From: Octopus vulgaris
Lineage: Eukaryota
DNA: 64,000 nucleotides
Assembly: GCA_951406725.2 (NCBI GenBank)
Contig: OX597819.1
Span: 43,152,001 to 43,216,000, forward strand
Reading direction: 5' to 3'
In this document: positions 41,801-54,250 of the stretch, one piece after another
How the letters are laid out: each line of letters starts with the position of its first letter
Position numbering within the stretch: position 1 is the first letter of the stretch
Translations under genes and position numbers: made by a program
The notes under the pieces: model-generated
The model's database searches: none
What the model saw: the letters and a program-made list of their open reading frames with translations, nothing else
Told to the model about the DNA's origin: nothing

Positions 41801-44250
41801 AGAATCGTGTGTGTGTAAGGATCGTTATCACGCCATACCCTCCAAACTCTTAATTAGTTTGAAAATTAATTGAATACATGCTACCGAAAGGGCTAAAGGA
41901 ATAAAAGCAAAAAAAGAAAAAAAAAGAAGAAAAGAAAAAACACACACACACACAAGAAACAATTATAAACCTTAAATTACTTTGGTAATCAACTGCCAAA
42001 TGACCTGAATCAGATTAACAAATAGCTCACTGCATATGAAGCTTTCTTTGCCATCAACCACAATTAAGTGGACTAACAGCTGGGTAACTTTGGTATTAAT
42101 TTGGTACCAGCTAGAAATGTGTATGGCATAATTTATAACCTAATATCAAGAAGCACTTAGTCACCTATAGAACTTTTAGTAAAATTAATAATAATTGTCT
42201 TCCTTATTGACAACTAAGGTCTAATGTAAGTTAAAGGGAGGAAGGAATGGCAAAAACCAAAAAAAAAAAAAAGAAGAAAAGAAAATTTATTGCCAAAGCC
42301 ATATTAGTAAATTTATTTTATTTTTTTATTTTTAAAGTTTCAAGTAGACTAGAGAGAAACAACTAATAGACATGTTATATTTAGTGATTTAATTGAATCG
42401 TAAAAGACACACTTAGAATGGAAAATACACTTTGGAGCACTTATGTTACATTTGTCAGTAGCTATGTTGTGAATAAAAACTCGAGAAAAGCACAGCAGAG
42501 TCATATTATAAATTAGGACTATATTTCCAGTAGATAAAATGAATTGATTCCGCATAGTGAATGGCTGTGATGGGAAACCAGAACACTGAATTGCACATAC
42601 ACAAATTCACAGCAAAGTGCTTCACTTGCCTCTATTTATTTCCATTTTCAATGTAACATGTAAATTGATATTGATGCATAGATGTAAATATATATGGTTG
42701 CATGGTTTAAGAAGATCATTCCACAACCATACGGTTCTGGGTTCATTCCCAATGCTCGGCACCATGGCCAAGTGTTTCCTTCTATGACTTAGGATTGATC
42801 ATTGTCTAACTGGTATTCTGCTGTGACCATAGTGCTAGTATATTAAAGGTAGATTGAAAAAAAAAAAATGTGTAGCAGTTTCTGTCCTTTACATTCTGAG
42901 TTCAATCCCTGCCAAGGTCAACTTTGCCTTTCAGCATCCTAGGTTGGAAAAAATAAAGCACAAGTCAAGTAATGGAGTTAATGGTATCAATTAGCACCCA
43001 CCTGCTAAAAAATTACATATATAATAAAGCTATAGCTTTACAAGATCTGTACAGTTTCCCATTGATAAAAGCTAAGGGGCTAGAAAGATGTCTCAGAATC
43101 CTAACAGATCGTGGCACTGAACAGATATGGTGTTTTTCCACCTTACTGCAATAAGAGAACATTTTCTCAACTGTGTGTGAATTTGCCTTTTAGCAGTTGA
43201 AATATGTCAGAAACATATTCTAACTAATCTAAACTTTGCACATATACACACACACACATATATATATATATCTCATCATCATCATTTAACATATGTTGTC
43301 CATGCTGGCATGGGCTGGACAATTTTACTGAAAACTGGTAAGCTGGGGAACTGCACCAGGTTCCAATCTGATTTGGAATGGTTTCTATAACTGGATGCTC
43401 TTCCTAATGCCAATACGAATACACCCCCCCTCCACACACACAGATAGTACTCACTACACAACAAGAGTATTCACAGCCACCCACTAGCCTGATTAACAGC
43501 AAGTCTTAAACAGCAACGAAAACTAAGGGATTCCACATACCAACCAAGCTCAAATAGATTCCATTCACAGAGAGCAAAAGTTGGTTATGTCAGCATTAAG
43601 TCTTAGTTTTCTAACTTCAATGAAACTAATGCTGACGATTTTGACATGATCGAGCCTTGTCTCCCTATTTCACTGCCATCCCCAGAACCAACCAATAACC
43701 TTAGATAATTAATGCGTTATGCTACCGTAGGACTTCTGGGAAATGAGATAGCAACCAAACAAGTCACTGAAAGAAATAGACCATTTTTGTCTCCTTTTCT
43801 CTTTTTTTTTTTTTTTTTTCTTATTTTTCTTTTTCGCCCTCCCCTGCTTCTATCTTTCTTAATTGGAAAGCTAATGACTCTTCAGTTCAGAATTACACAC
43901 ACACACATACACACACACACGCAACACTAAAACCAATCAATCACCGCCAACGTTATCACAATCAAATCTATCATCGTTGTCATCATCCTCTTCAGCATCT
44001 TCCTCGTCGTCATCATCTTATCCATTATGACTATTATCAACACATCATCAACTTCCAGCAACACCAGCACCATGACCAACACACCTACTACACAACTTCT
44101 ACTGCTGTCACTACAATCATCACCTCCTACACCTCCCCTGCTGCTACAACAGCTACTACTACTACTACAACAATGCCATGACCATCACAACAACCATCAC
44201 CAAAGTTACTCTCAGCAACTATTACCAACACCACAATGACTGAGATGGGG

Positions 44251-44320
<70 letters not shown>

Positions 44321-44691
44321 GTGGTGTGTGTGCATGTGCATAATGTTTATGGTGTACAAGTGTCTTTGACAAAGTTGCCCTCATCTTTAATCATTTCGAC
44401 AACAAGCAAAGACATTTACAGACTCCCTTACGTTTTATGTTACTAACACCATTCCAAATACAAAACCATTATGATATTGGACCTACTACCAACAAATCCA
44501 GGTGGTGAACTGACCGCAACCCATACAGCAACTACTAAAAGAGTAGGATGTCAAACAAGCAAACAAAGTTGCTTGTTTATGTCAACGGCAATTGCATCAT
44601 TGACATAAATAGCTGATGATTCAACGTAACAGCCAGCTCAGGAAATTAATGAGCAAATGGCGGAGCATTCTATATACATGCATACCCATAA

Positions 44692-44907
44692 CCCATTAGC
44701 ATTTAAACCAGCCGTATCTGACCAAAGTATTCTATCTGCTCTATGTTCAAACTGACCAGATGTGGCTCCTCAAACCAATCCTACAATAACCATTCTAATA
44801 ATTAACAGCTACCTTATCAAAATCTAACGTTATAATGCACGATGAATTCAAAACAATGTAAATGAATAAAGCATTACTTTTGGCCGAGTATTCCGAATGC
44901 CAAAGGA
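44692..44907 (+). mobile_element. piggyBac-type MITE inserted at a TTAA site in a SINE
   Basis: ATAA|cccattagcatt ... aatgccaaagga|TTAA. Host SINE sequence on both sides (..cataccc / catagttctcagggagattcagcatgacacag). Confidence 0.6.
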
Positions 44908-45304
44908 TTAACATAGTTCTCAGGGAGATTCAGCATGACACAGACTGTGACAAGCTTGGTCATTTGAATTACAGGTACAGGCTCGGGGCTATAGTAGACA
45001 CTCGTCCCAAAGTGCCATGCAGTGGGACTGAACTTGGAACCATGTGGTTGGGAAGCAAACTTCTTACCACACAGCCACATCAGTACCCATATAGAAAACA
45101 CATGATGCAAATAAAACCTATTGCTTTCGCATATATCTTTTACTTGTTTTCAGTCATTAGACTGTGGCCATGCTGGTGCACCGCCTTAAACAATCTTTAG
45201 TTGAATTAGTGGAATCAGAACTCAGAACATGGAAGACGGACGAAATACCGTCTTCAAGTATTTCGCCCAAATAATAATAATAATAATAATTATTATTATT
45301 ATTA

Positions 45305-45513
45305 TTTCTTTAATGCCCACAGGGAGCTAAACATAGAGGGGACAAACAAGGACAGACAAAGGGATATTAAGTCAATTATATCGACCCCAGTGCGTAACCG
45401 GTACTTAATTTTATCGACTCCCCGAAAAGGATGAAAGGCAAAGTCGACCTCGGTGGAATTAGAACTCAGAACATGGAAGACGGACGAAATACCGTCTTCA
45501 AGTATTTCGCCCA
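45305..45513 (-). mobile_element. SINE family B, young and 5'-truncated
   Basis: Reverse complement of most of 50602-50832. Confidence 0.85.
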
Positions 45514-45553
<40 letters not shown>

Positions 45554-46222
45554 CGGGGTGGGTAAAAAAAAATTGTTTTAATCCACCGCATTCACGCAAT
45601 ACTTATTTTTCAGGCATTTTCTAGTCTCAATACAAAAATACCTATATTGAGAGCGGAATAAAAAAAACTCCTCACCACCACTATACCATAAAAAAACAAC
45701 AACAACAAAAAAAAAGGTATATTATTCAAAAAGAAGAGTTTTTCTTTCTTTTTCTTTTTTTTTTATATCCTTTACGTGTTCTTCTTATTATAGCTGTCAA
45801 CATTTCATTTTCGTACATCAGATTTGCATAATGTTGTTTAATGGGCTCAGCACATTCAGTTTATAAGTGAGTGGAAAGAGCTTGGATGGATGGCAACTTT
45901 AAGTTCATTCACGACACGGCTATTAACAAATCGTAAGAAAATATTAAAAAAAACCTATCCTCTATAACGCCGGTGTGTAAAAGTTAACACCCACATACTC
46001 ATATTCATCACCGACGCATTAAAAAAAAAAAGAAAAGAAAAGAAAGAAAGAAAAGAAAAAGGTACTACTAATTTAATGTGCACTCATATCACAAGAAATA
46101 ATATCTGCCTATCCATAAATATGTAAAGGATTGCATGGTGCGTGAGTGAGTGAGTGAGTGAGTGTCTCGTAAAGAGGGTTTGAATATTTAAATTTTGTGT
46201 ATGTAGTGTGTGTTTGTGTGTG

Positions 46223-46253
<31 letters not shown>

Positions 46254-46425
46254 CATATGAGAGAAAGAGAGAGACAGAGATGTCTAAAAGAGGGGATTTT
46301 GCAATCCAGAAAAAGAAATTCTAGAGGAATAGAAATGAAGCTTAAACATGGATATTAATGTCATAGGGTGCCCCATTTAAAATTACTGTATTTATTATTA
46401 TTATTATGCGTTACATAATTTATTA

Positions 46426-46690
46426 GGTACTATTTAAGAAGAGTGGTCCCGGTGCGCGCACTCGCGTACTCGCGCGTCCGCGCTAGCTAGTCGTGACTAG
46501 TCGATCCTACAACGACCACCTAGCAAAGTAAATAAAACACAAAATAAATAAATAAAAATTTTACACAAAAAAAATTTTTTTATTTAAACACAAAAACACA
46601 AAGTAAGGATCAACTAGTCACGACTAGCTAGCGCGGATGCGGAGGGTACGCGAGTGCACGCACCGAGACCACTCTTCTTAAATAGTAACC
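46426..46690. mobile_element. Mutator(MULE)-like MITE with ~85-bp GC-rich TIRs and a 9-bp TSD
   Basis: TIRs ggtactatttaagaagagtggtc...gctagctagtcgtgactagt / actagtcacgactagctagc...gaccactcttcttaaatagtaacc. TSD AATTTATTA at 46417-46425 and 46691-46699. Confidence 0.9.
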
Positions 46691-46918
46691 AATTTATTAA
46701 AACTAACCCAACACCTTAGTAGAACAAACTATTTTCAGCTTGCGGGAGGGAAAATTGTGCGCGTGTGGATGATGAATTCGTGAAAGAGAAAGTCTGTTGA
46801 TGATCATCTCTAAACTTAACGATCTACATACTTAAGATAATCAATATGTTATAAGAACTACTAAGTAAATTGATTCAAACCACATGGTTTTCATTACACT
46901 GTTGAGAAAATTATACTA

Positions 46919-46952
<34 letters not shown>

Positions 46953-47489
46953 TTCCTTTCTTTATTAACGAAATATTGATATATACAGAGGAGGAGACAA
47001 GAAAGAAAGAAAGAGAGTGAGTAAAACAGAGGATGGTGGAGGTGGTAGTGGTGTTGGTGAAGAAGAAAACGAAAATCCAAAACACATTACTTAAACGTCT
47101 TCCAGTTCCGATTGAAATATCAAGAGTGCCGCAAAAGGTTTCACAAGTACGATTATCAACTTCAAACCATTTCACATTTGTGTGGATACTACTAACTAAC
47201 TAATGGCACCAATGAACAAACAAGCGCTAATTACAGCGCAAGTCTCTTTTAATTAGACTATGCTTTAAATACCAATGCTTTTTTTTTTTTTTTTTTTTTT
47301 GCTGTGCTTGAAGTTTCACTCGAATGGTGAAATAAATAATAATAAAAAAAAAATAAAAAGTTTGTATGTTTATATATAATTTAATCTATCTGTTTACTGA
47401 GCAGCTAAGTTAAAGCGGTACATGTCATTGATGTGAGACGACGAACAGACGAAGCAAAATGGCTATAGGAAATAGTTCAGATTTTATTT

Positions 47490-47945
<456 letters not shown>

Positions 47946-48938
47946 ACGGAAAAGACCGGGCAATACGCAATGGTTTATTGTGTGTATACATACATGTGAA
48001 ATGCTCGTGTGTTGGAGAATGCATTAGTAAAAAAAAAAAGTAGCAACATGTTTTTTGAAAGAAAAAAAAACCCAGGGCTGATAAGATAAACCCACAAACG
48101 TGTGACTGACTGACACACACCTACGGAGCCCCATGGAAAAATTAGGTGGAGGGGACTGTAACGCTCACACTCATGTTGAGGAGCGGCGGGAGCAAAGTAC
48201 CTCCAAACACTGTCGAAATATATTTAATAATTTTTAAGTCGGACACAAAAAAATGAAGGGTGGGGAAAAGGGAAAAAGAAACATTCACGTTTGCTGTACA
48301 AAATACAAATTGAACAATAAGTGATACAAGTACATCTCTTATTTGATGTGTCTGTGATTTAAAATACAAGCCGTGTCCTCTTAATACACACACATACACA
48401 CAAATGTATCCCATTATATATTTTTCCGTTTGTTCTACAAGACAGACAAATCAAATTTCTAGATTTTGCAAAACTCCCCGCGAAGACGTGTTACTTCGCA
48501 TCAAACACAAATTAAATATACAACGCATTCACAATTACCTTACTTTTTACAGAACTCAGCAAAAGCTGGTGCAGAAAATAAATATCAAACGTTCTAATTG
48601 GAAGCAGAAATTGGTGCGAATTCCATCAAAAGTGTACAGGCGCTTCGAGTGAACGAACGACTTGTGCATAATATCATTGCCGTCAATTTAGCTTTCTATA
48701 AAACTTTAAGGAGGAGACAGGCAAAGTAAAAGGAGAAGGAAAAAATGCTACCGAGATCGTTAAAAAATACTTTGAAAAAGTTTAAATGATATTTTTTTGA
48801 TTTACTAAAATAAGTTGTATTGCTTAGTTGATTTACTGAGTCTGAAATCTGCTCAGCACCGTTGGTTGTTGATGTGTTTGTAGGGAGATCAATGTGTGTG
48901 TGTGTGTGTGTGTACATACGTTTGTATGTTAATCTATA

Positions 48939-49100
48939 GGCGTAGGAGTGGATGTGTGGTAAGTAGCTTGCTTACCAACCACATGGTTCCGGGTTCAGTC
49001 CCACTGCGTGACACCTTGCGCAAGTGTCTTCTACTATAGCCTCGGGCCGAACAAAGCCTTGTGAGTGGATTTGGTAGACGGAAACTGAAAGAAGCCCGTC

Positions 49101-49137
<37 letters not shown>

Positions 49138-49492
49138 CAGGGTATCCCCAAAAAATGTATACACATAGTGGTTCGGCAAAAGAGAACAATAGAATAAGTA
49201 CTAGGCTTACAAAGAATAACAAATTCACAATTATTTAAGGTGTGTAAACATTTTTTTGGGACACCCTGTGTATATATATATATATCTGTATGTGTGTGTT
49301 TGTCCCCAACATCGCTTGACAACCGATGCTGGTGTGTTTACGTCCCCGTAACTTAGCGATTCGGCAAAAAAGACCGATATAATAAGTACTAACTAGGCTT
49401 ACAAAGAATAAGTCCTGGAAGTCGATTTACTCGGCTAAAAGCGCTGCTCCAGCATGGCCACAGTCAAATGACTGAAACAAGTAAAAGAAAAG
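48939..49492 (+). mobile_element. SINE family A, full length, with a nested mariner MITE
   Basis: Near-consensus head and tail. Confidence 0.9.
49138..49268. mobile_element. Tc1/mariner MITE (~28-bp TIRs, TA target)
   Basis: TA|cagggtatccccaaaaaatgtatacaca ... tgtgtaaacatttttttgggacaccctg|TG, inside the SINE's (TA)n. Confidence 0.85.
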
Positions 49493-49609
49493 AAATTAGT
49501 GAACATCAACCACCACCACCACTAGTTGCGACTGATTATGCAATAATTAATCATAAATAGGGGACATTACCCATATCTATGCGTTGCTCACACAAGGGCC
49601 TACAAAAGA

Positions 49610-50255
49610 GTCTCTGCGTAGCCACTCAGGCTGTTAGAAATAGCAGCCAAAATCTCCAGCAAAACCAGACCGCACCGGGGTGGAGTGGAGAGATATGGAA
49701 TAATGTAGACGAGGGCACACTATACTCGAAAATAAAATGGGGTGGTCATATCTTGACTTTTATTAATATTAACCTTTTATTAACCTATATAAATAAGGCT
49801 TGCGAAGATCAAAGCCGAGCTGAGATTAAACAACTGTTGCTCACACAAACAGCAACACTATCAACAGGTTCGGTCTCCTGCTAGAAATAACAGCTAAGTT
49901 TCCTTGAAATAGCACCGTCTTAAAAACATTTCGCATTAAAAAATATAACCAGTCTTATGAAAGACGGATTGGCTACGACTGGCATCCTTTTGATCTAGCG
50001 GTCTGTTCACTTAAAACGACTTGGCAGTAAACGAAAAAAAACTACATGGTCGCTCGACCTGCTAGAAACTGCAACCAAATCTACCTCATATCGCACCCTG
50101 CTGCCTTGAGAACAGAAAGCAGATTAATACAATATGTACATGGTCGGTAACCTACTTCAAATAAGACGGGGATGGTCAATACTTGAATGTCTTTGATCTC
50201 GAATAGGCCCGCTCAATCAAAGTCGAACTGGGACTAAAGAAGAACAACAAACAAC
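49610..50255 (+). repeat. Three diverged head-to-tail copies of an interspersed ~200-bp repeat (retroposon 3' part with CAA tail)
   Basis: Each unit has (cc)tg(c/t)tagaaa...(a)gc..aa.t...gacgg.atggtca...tttgatc...ggg.ctaaa(caa)n. Single copies also occur at about 1790, 6150(-), 12590 and 37510(-). Confidence 0.6.
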
Positions 50256-50601
50256 ACATCTATCACATTCAACAGCACTTGTTGAACCAGCCATGAACCC
50301 GAAAAAGGAAGTGGAAATAGGGGCCACCACAATAAAACCTTTCATAAACGACCCATCCTTCAAAGACATGAAAAAACTTACGAACTGGTAAATAAAATAA
50401 ATAACTGGATTTTTTTTTTCTTCCCGTTCCCTTGCCCCCTTTATCACAGAAATAGGAAAAGGGGGCTTGAAATATTAGCCTCTCGCTTTTCATGGCCCAC
50501 CAACATACTTTTTTTTTAGTCATTCCTTCCCCTCTATTCTCAGCCATTGGACTACGGCCATGCTGGGGCATCTTCCTCGAAGGTTTAATCGGTGATATTA
50601 A

Positions 50602-50832
50602 GGCGGCGAGCTGGCAGATGCGTTAGCACGCCGGGCGAAATGCTTAGCAGTATTTCGTCTGCCGTTACGTTCTGAGTTCAAATTCCGCCGAGGTCGACTT
50701 TGCCTTTCATCCTTTCGGGGTCGATAAATTAAGTACCAGTTACGCACTGGGGTCGATGTAATCGACTTAATACCTATGTCTGTCCTTGTTTGTCCCCTCT
50801 ATGTTTAGCCCCTTGTGGGCAATAAAGAAATA
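50602..50832 (+). mobile_element. SINE family B, full length, 8-bp TSD
   Basis: tRNA-like head (gagctggcaga..gttagc; gagttcaaattcc), central gcctttcatcctttcggggtcgataaa...agtaccag. TSD GATATTAA at 50594-50601 and 50833-50840. Inserted in a family A tail. Confidence 0.9.
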
Positions 50833-52054
50833 GATATTAACACCACCGACCTCAGTACTTAGTGGAGTAATGTCTGAGCAAACATCGAACCCATCAACTT
50901 CAGACTATTTCAGAAAAAAATTCTGTCATTCTAGCAACTCTTAATTTCCGGTGGTTGGAGTAAAAATGTAAACTAGTTTCCATTTAAAAACATTAGTTAA
51001 ATAATCTTTCTCTTACACATTGAGAATTGACTATCATTAATCATCATTAATATTATTACGCTTGCTTTTACACTCGTTATTGACTACTGAGGCAAACCAA
51101 GCAGAATCTGAATCGTTTGTTGGAGAATGTTACGTTTTCAATGGCTACTATATCGTGTTGTCTGTCGTCTGGTTGTGTGAAATTAATGATTTCGTTTTGT
51201 TTTGTTTTTGTTTCGTTTCTTTGTCCGTTTCAAACAATGGAAATAGCACTTGTATATGTCTCAGAGTTTCTTTCTCGTCTGTTGTCTCTATGAGCTGCAA
51301 GTGATGCACATACTAACGACCTTGTTTTAGTTGTGGGATGCTCAAATTCCTTTATTTTGTGCAATATTCGTTTTAGATGTACACTTTTTGAAAACTGGTG
51401 ATGTTGTCATCTTTATGTTCCAATGATTTCCTGAGTGTTTTCGAGTTTCTTGACAACGTTTTGAAGTTAATAATATGAACACAACACTGCTTGTTGGTAC
51501 ATCACATCTCTGTCGGTAGTTGTTTAGTCCTGCTCTATCACTGTATAGACATCGCAGACAATACAGTAACCCACTACTGATAGTTCTCACAATCGCTTAT
51601 TCACTCCAGAGTACAGCTACATTAAAAATGTTAATACACACACTAAAACGCTTACGCTATTCAACCGTTGTATGACAAGTCTTGTTATTGCTATATTAGA
51701 AGGAAACTTGAAACTTTTTGAGATAACCTGGAAGAGTGTCTCGGTCATTGGACACCAATAAGTCATGGACTTCAACATACGAGTTCTTGAAAGATACGTG
51801 TGTCAGAAATCTAAAGAATAAGGGCGTACACAAATAACTATTATTACTGTTTCACTAAATATTTTAGTTTGGAATTTCCTAATTGTCATCAAAGTGAAGA
51901 CTGAAAATGTATTTTATGATAAACTAAAATCACTCCAACTCAGGAATAGCCATCCAAACTTTTAACGTATTCCAGTAAATTATTATTCCTACCCCTTTTA
52001 GTCTACTTCACATTCAGTTTTCATAGTTATCTTTTTTATTTCAACCTAACAGGT

Positions 52055-52424
52055 GATCAGGAGCTGAAAGAGCAATGCAGACATCAGGACTGGCAGACAC
52101 GTTGCGAGGCAATCGAGGTGGGGTTTCGAGGTTCATTCAGCAAAACTGACTGGGCCTTGAAATTACTGATGCAGCAAAGAGAAAGGTTATACATTCCATC
52201 ACCAAAGCTGTAGAGGTCACTAGGTGGATTTGGATAAAGAGTGCAAACAACTGTTTGCTGCTACTGGAATGCAAGCTGGGATGTGATCGACCCTGCCTGA
52301 GTCAACGAGGGCGGAGGGGGAAGTCTGATGTTCAAAGAATCGAAATCCCAGAAATATCATTGATGATGCATTCCAGAGTATTGGTTGAGATGCATCTTAA
52401 ACAAACAAACAAACAACAACAACA
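52055..52424 (+). pseudogene. 3' end of a HERO-like (R2-group, RLE) non-LTR retrotransposon
   Basis: Encodes DQELKEQCRHQDWQTRCEAIEVGFRGS...ALKLL / KVIHSITKAVEVTRWIWIKS, matching the HERO C-terminal pattern (CxxxGWxxxCxPIEVGxRG...RWxWxKR). Followed by a 3' UTR and a (CAAA)(CAA) tail. Confidence 0.8.
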
Positions 52425-54014
52425 TCCATTTGTATCATTCGCAGTAATCTTTCATAGAACACTTTTATTTTTTATACTAACCAAACCATCGATTCATCTC
52501 GTTTCGAGGACCTTCACATGGCATTCGGAACGTTACAAAACCTAACAAACACTGAGAGAGGGGAGTGGGGTTGCGCTTTGCTGTGGCAACGCTTGCCAAC
52601 GCGAAAAAGAAATAGAAATAAAGAATTTAACTCTAGAAAATTCATAGATATTCCTGTACACTATAAGCTCTCTTGCTTGCTTAATGGATTTTAAAATAAA
52701 TAAATCAAATAAGATACGAGATATTTTTATGCGTGTTTATGTTAAGACAAGAAATATTGATAAGTTACTACTAACTAAAATAAAGAGCCTCCTCTGCCCC
52801 ACCAAAAAGCCAGTTGTAGTTAATAATACATATTTCTAGAGCGTTTGATTTCTCAGAGTTAGAAAAATGACATTAGAAAGTAGTTTCCGTTGCTAATGAT
52901 AGATATTGAACAACCATTTTCCAGATCCTAGCAGTGGACATTGCACCATTACTCGTTGGGAACATTAAGTACAACAATAGAAGGATGATCAGTAAACAGC
53001 AGTAATACTACTACTAGTAATAGTAGTAGTAGTTGTAGTAATCGTAGTAGTAGTTATTTCTCTCGGTTCAATGATGAGAGAGGAGGAAAGGAGAGTGGTA
53101 AGGCAAGAAAAGAATGGAACGAGGTTGTAGTAAAAACAAAAAAGGAAAACGAAAAGAAAATAAGAGAAATACAAAAATTCTCTTAACACAAGCCGGTTCA
53201 ACATTATCGCATCCCTTAAACTACACAAGTGTCTACCATTTATTATTTTATTGATATTGCTATTATCTCTGGAACACTGACATTATCGTGTCGATACTGC
53301 AGAATTACATATTGCAAACAATAAAAGAGAAGAGGAAGAATGACAAAAGAGTGAGAAGGCAGCAGGTTTATGTGTGTGCATAAAAAGAAAGGAAGGAAGG
53401 AAGGAGGAAAGGAAAAGAGGTGGGTGGAAGGAGAGGTAGAGAAACAAAGACATTATCGATATTGGTCCCCCGTTTAGAATATAGTTACTGCATCTTTTTT
53501 GGTCAAGATGGAAGGCCCCACTTTAAGCATACAGATTCCCCATTTCATAACAATACAAAGAAAATAATACACACACGGTACATCAAAGAATTTTGTGTTT
53601 GGAAGGAGGTATATAAATGGAATTCTGGAATGTGCAGGCTTTTCATAAAGCCTATACATTTATCAAAGGTTGATTTGACATAAATTCTAAAATATAGAAC
53701 ATCACACATATTTTAAACATTGTTGATTACGTTAATTGGCAGGCATAGACACACACACACACACATGTGAAAGTATGCGGTTTACGTGGACGAATCCTGA
53801 TTGACCAGAACATGTTTATCATATGATAGCTGGACAAAAGCATTGGTGTATGGTGAAGCGTCGCCTTTTTCATTTTCTAATGTCCAAAAACAACAATTTA
53901 AGGAGAAAGATCTATGTCGAGAAGGAACTACCGAAGTAACTGAAATAAACAACACTTAATAATGTCAAACAAACTACTTCTTTGACGTTTGATTATACAC
54001 ATTCAAACAAGTAA

Positions 54015-54250
54015 TACATGGTTCCGGGTTCAGTCCCACTGCGTGGCATCTTGGGCAAGTGTCTAACTATATAGCCTTGCGCCGACCAGAAAGAGTGGAT
54101 TTGGTAGACGGAAACTGAAAGAAGCCCGTCGTGTGTGTGTGTGTGTGTGTTTGTTTGTTTGTTCCCCACCACCGTTTAACAACTGGTGGCAGTATGTATA
54201 CGTTCCTGTAACTTAGCAAAAGAGACCAAAAAAATAAGTACCAGACTTTA
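54015..54250 (+). mobile_element. SINE family A, partial
   Basis: catggttccgggttcagtcccactgcgtggca.cttgggcaagtgtc... Confidence 0.8.
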
